From assembly GCF_009914755.1 (NCBI RefSeq), contig NC_060947.1: a DNA stretch of 64,000 bases; one strand, written 5' to 3'. Within the stretch, counting starts at the first letter, position 1. Every line of letters begins with the position of its first letter. Made by a program: the position numbers and the translations under genes. This document shows positions 58,601 through 64,000 of the stretch, piece by piece. The stretch is from the human T2T-CHM13v2.0 reference genome, Homo sapiens. The notes beneath the pieces were generated by a model, which saw nothing but the letters and a program-made list of their open reading frames with translations, did no database searches and was not told the DNA's origin.

Positions 58601-58939
58601 CTTTGTTTTGTTTGTTTGTTGCTTTTGTTTCTGTAGATACAGGGTCTCAGTATGTTGCCCTATCTTTCACAGAGACAGACTGGTCTTGAACTCTTGGGCA
58701 CAAGTGATCCTCCTGCCTGTTTCTCAAGGTGTTGGAATTACAGGCAAGAGCCACCATGCCTGGCCTCCACTCTGGCTCTTTTGTCTTGAAGAAAGAGTAA
58801 ATATTTCTGGCTTCCTCTAAAGCTGGAATCAGCTCTTTAACTGAACTAGAATACTCATATAGGCACTTTTCACTAAAATTATTTATTGTAAGAAATAAGA
58901 AAACTAGTTGAATTCCTCTAAGCTCCTATTTATGGTCTA

Positions 58940-59302
<363 letters not shown>

Positions 59303-59628
59303 TTATTCTTATGTCTGCAGTCTGCATAGTTTGCATGTTATTTATTGAAAAGGCAAATGCAAGTATATATAAGTCTAACAGTGTCCTAAAAAGATGCTCA
59401 TTTTTTTGTAACTTTTAACTGGAGTTATTTTTCACTAAATTTCTCATATATGCATCTTGTCGTACTACTCTTACCCAAAACAACCCCACTCTCCCCCAAC
59501 CACAGTTACCACACACATAATAAGACTTTAACCAGGCTGGGTGCAGTGGCTCACACCTGTAATCCCAGCACTTTTGGAGGCCGAGGCGGGTGGATCACGA
59601 GGTCAGAAGATTGAGACCAGCTTGGCTA

Positions 59629-59892
<264 letters not shown>

Positions 59893-62109
59893 TCATGAGG
59901 AATGTCTAAGCTAATCTCGCATGAAGCACGTCTCGATACTTCCACATATAAATGCAGGTAATAACGTTCACCCACCTCAGAGGAGAGTGTTGAGGTTGAG
60001 GCTTTATGATGCACTGCTTGTAAGATGCATTTAGACCCAAAGGTGGAAGCTGTACTGTAAAGTCTGCAGTCATATTTCAAATGCTGAAATTCACCCTGTT
60101 AGAATTCTCTTCCCTCTTCACTTCCTTTTAAGCCCAACTGTAGCTCTTGGTTAACTTTTCTAAAAAAAATTATCTTCATGGAAAGCATATTCAATTTTAT
60201 AGAATTCCCTTCATTCCATATGTATGAGTGTCAGTTGAAAGGCTGAGATAAATTATTCCTTTCTTAAATAACTATGTAATAGCTGTCATGGTAGGTTATG
60301 TTTAATATAAAAATAATTGGTAGACTAGAGCAGTGTCCAGCCTCGGCACTTAATAGATATTTAATTATAATAATGACAAGAGCAACTAAGGACTACGGCA
60401 GGATCTTGGAATTGTAGAATCAGTGTCTGCAAATGCAGGAGCTGGGGAATCAACTTATTGTAAGTAAGGAAAATACGTTAAGTTTCCTGTAATTGCAGTT
60501 GGGCATACTTAAAATTTTAGGTAAACAATGGGGTTGAGAGTGAAGAGTTGAGTAGTTGTTTTATCTAGTTTTTTTTGTTTTTTGTTTTTAACATGTTTCC
60601 AGGTTTTTATCTAAATGGGCTAATACAGTACATACTGTTCTGTGTGGCTTCTCATGACATCCATGAATATTTTGCCTATATCAATAGTTGATTCCTAGTT
60701 ATTTTCGAGTTGACTTCTATTGGATTCTGGCTGTCCCGGAGTGGATTTTCCACTCACCTGTGAGTGGATGAACACTTTGGGTGTCAAATCATATTTTCCG
60801 TAGTGGATTTTATAGCCATCGGTGGCATTCCTATTTAAGACTAGTGATGCTAATTTCAGGAAGAGAAGAGAACCAAATAGACATATCCAAGACCACAGAG
60901 GTAGATTGTTTTGTGGTTGAATTAGGAAGTCTACACAAGTAAGTGTGAATACCCAAAGGCTTGTATTTTATTTTTAATTCTCTAAGAGGGTATTTGTTAT
61001 AATATCTGAAGGGGATTATGCATCTCATAGCATTGCAATGAATAAATGAATATTGTATTTTCTTCACTTTTTAAAAAATCCAATGTTGACTTACATTGTA
61101 TAATATACAAATTTTTGCCACTTTATAGAGCAGACTTCCTTATGTTACATTTACTTTCATACTGGGTATATTTTATTTTACTTTATTTTTTATTGGTAGC
61201 GTCTTTCTGAGTAAAAAACAAATAATGAATTGGTAAGATGTATCTCATTCAATGTAAGAACCTAATGGTTAGAAAAGAAAAAGAAAGGTTTTTAGTTACT
61301 TACTTATAGTTTTTCTATACTGCTGAGTATTTTTCTTTCTACTTTATAATAATAACATTCCAAGAATTATTGAATATCAGACCATTTGTGGGAAGTTTGG
61401 GAATGTGTGTAAATTTCTTTAGAAATCTTTAAAAATTACTTCTATGTGTAGGTGAGAAACCGCATAAGAAAGCAGAAATCTAGTAACAAGTTTCTTCCAG
61501 CGGTGAATGAGTAAAATAAAACACATAAGGCACTGCTAAGTTTTAATTATTTAACTATTTTAATTAAAAAAATAAGATACTATCAGCTAAGGATAGCATA
61601 GCTTATATTCCAAATCAATAACTCTTTGAATGAGAAAGCCAGAATTTTGATTCATTAATATACAATGCAGCATTTGGTGTCATCCAAGAAGATACTTTTC
61701 ATAAGTTCCCCCTATTCTAGTTGCAAGTACCGTTTGGTGTCTTTATTCTTTTCTTTGAGAGAGGGTCTCACTCTGTCGTCCAGCCTGGAGTGCACCAGTG
61801 TGACTGTAGCTTTCTGTAGCCTCGACCTCTGGGGCTCAAATGATCCTCCTGCCTCAGCCTCCCAAGTAGCTGAGACTACAGGTGCACACCACCATGCCTG
61901 GCTATTTTTATTTTATTTTGTTTTATTTCTTAGTAGAGACAAGGTCTCCCTATGTTGCTTAGGCTGGTCTCAAGCTCCTGGGCTCAAGCAATCCTCCTGC
62001 CTAGGCCTTCCAAAGTGCTGAGAATACAGGTGTGAGCCACCATGCTGGCCCTCTTATTCTAGTTTTACCATAACTAGTTCTAGTCTATAAATTCCCATTA
62101 TTTTAGCTT

Positions 62110-62432
62110 TGTTTCACTGTGAGGAGGCGGTCATTCTGTTCCCTTGGAAACCCTTGGCCATGTCTGGAGACATTTTTGTTGTCACATTGGTGGGGCGTGG
62201 GTGGTCCTGGAACCTGGTGAATGAAGCTCAGGGACGCTGCTCAACACCCTACGGTGCCCAGGGCTGCCTGTGTCCTCCAGAAAAAAAAAATAAGCTCTTT
62301 TCTTCCATTCCCTATACCCCTGAAAAACGCGCAGTCCTACACGGAACCCACAGCGAATTTTCACCAAGCACGTGGCCACCAAGTCATCCAGCTCCAAATG
62401 TCAGCTGGACCAAGGTGGAAAAAGCCTGGTCC
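62110..62432. mobile_element. MER20 interrupted by a ~104-bp non-MER20 insert
   Basis: atgtctggagacatttttgttgtcac...gggacgctgctcaacaccctac [insert 62265-62368] ...atccagctccaaatgtc...aaggtggaaaaagcctg. Confidence 0.75.
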
Positions 62433-63218
62433 AGTGCATTTTACCCAGATCTTCAAAGCTCCTCTCACCCTTGTGTCTCCCCCATCCGTGTGGAGCTTTA
62501 CTTCTGTATAGATCCTCAGGAATCGCCTCTGCTCTTGCTGCCTTTACAGACTCCCTCTCTAGGTTTGTGTCCTGAGCCAAGAAAGGAAGAAGAAATTCCA
62601 GTGAAAAGTGTGACAAATTACATTTCTCCACGTTAAAGGATTCAACCAACTGTTGAATCCTGATGAATTTTGTCTGGGTTGTGATTATGTCTTAGACTTT
62701 CTTGTCTAAACTCTACTATCATCAAGATAACTTGGTGAAAATTCACTGCAGGTTTCATTCAGGACAGCACAGTTTGCAGGTGTATAGAGAATGGAAGAAA
62801 AGAGCTTATTTTTTTTTATCTGGAGAACACAGGCACTTTCAAGAGTAGCTTCAGTGCCTATAATATTTTTGTTAATGAATATTAATGGAGTATTTTAATG
62901 AATGCAGAGACTGCTTTGGATTTTATTAGTTGACCTTAAACAGCACTTTGCTCATGCAGCCCAATTTACCTACATAGACCTGGGAGCACTGATGTTATTA
63001 CCATCCTTCGTCATTGAGAACAGAAAGGTTAAGAAGGTGATGTCCGGGTAGTGTTGCTGTTTCCTGAGATGAAAGGTCTCATAAAAGTAATTATTGTTTT
63101 GGTTTCACCTGCGGTGGGGAAATGCCTTGTAGAATTATACAGTTCTACCATCAAAGTGACCCAGGAAACCGAAGTGACTGAGGGCATCTCTCTTGTTATT
63201 TTAATTTTAAAAATTTTA

Positions 63219-63957
<739 letters not shown>

Positions 63958-64000
63958 TGAGCTCAAGTGATCCTCCCACCTTGGCCTCCCAAAGTGCTGG

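Noticed and set aside
62109-62636. 175-aa ORF on the + strand
   Set aside because: It runs through MER20 and the inverted insert; no recognisable domain and a non-ATG start.

Overview
Human/primate X-chromosome (Xp22.33 arylsulfatase cluster) genomic DNA. It is very Alu-rich and carries one intact protein-coding gene on the minus strand: ARSL (ARSE, arylsulfatase L/E). I mapped ten coding exons by splice sites (23+162+122+123+424+137+135+163+122+359 = 1770 nt, 589 aa plus stop). They encode a signal peptide, the sulfatase CTPSR formylglycine motif and two membrane helices. There is a proximal non-coding first exon (~34.7 kb), a distal first exon (~38.6-38.7 kb) with an in-frame upstream ATG, and an alternative N-terminal coding exon (~30.1 kb). 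Intron 3 has a GC donor. From recalled gene order, ARSD starts just left of the window and ARSH lies beyond the right end; neither is visible here. The 39-64 kb region is intergenic repeat: a deleted ERV1 provirus with a tRNA-Pro primer site, a full-length THE1-type MaLR with intact TSDs, Tigger2a, MER20, L1 and low-complexity DNA. I found no convincing new biological system. The most interesting items are isoform and splice features, locally amplified MLT1 repeats, paired LTRs around exon 9 and a local inverted duplication. Repeat subfamily names are by eye and need RepeatMasker/Dfam confirmation. Almost all short ORFs in the track are Alu or low-complexity artefacts.
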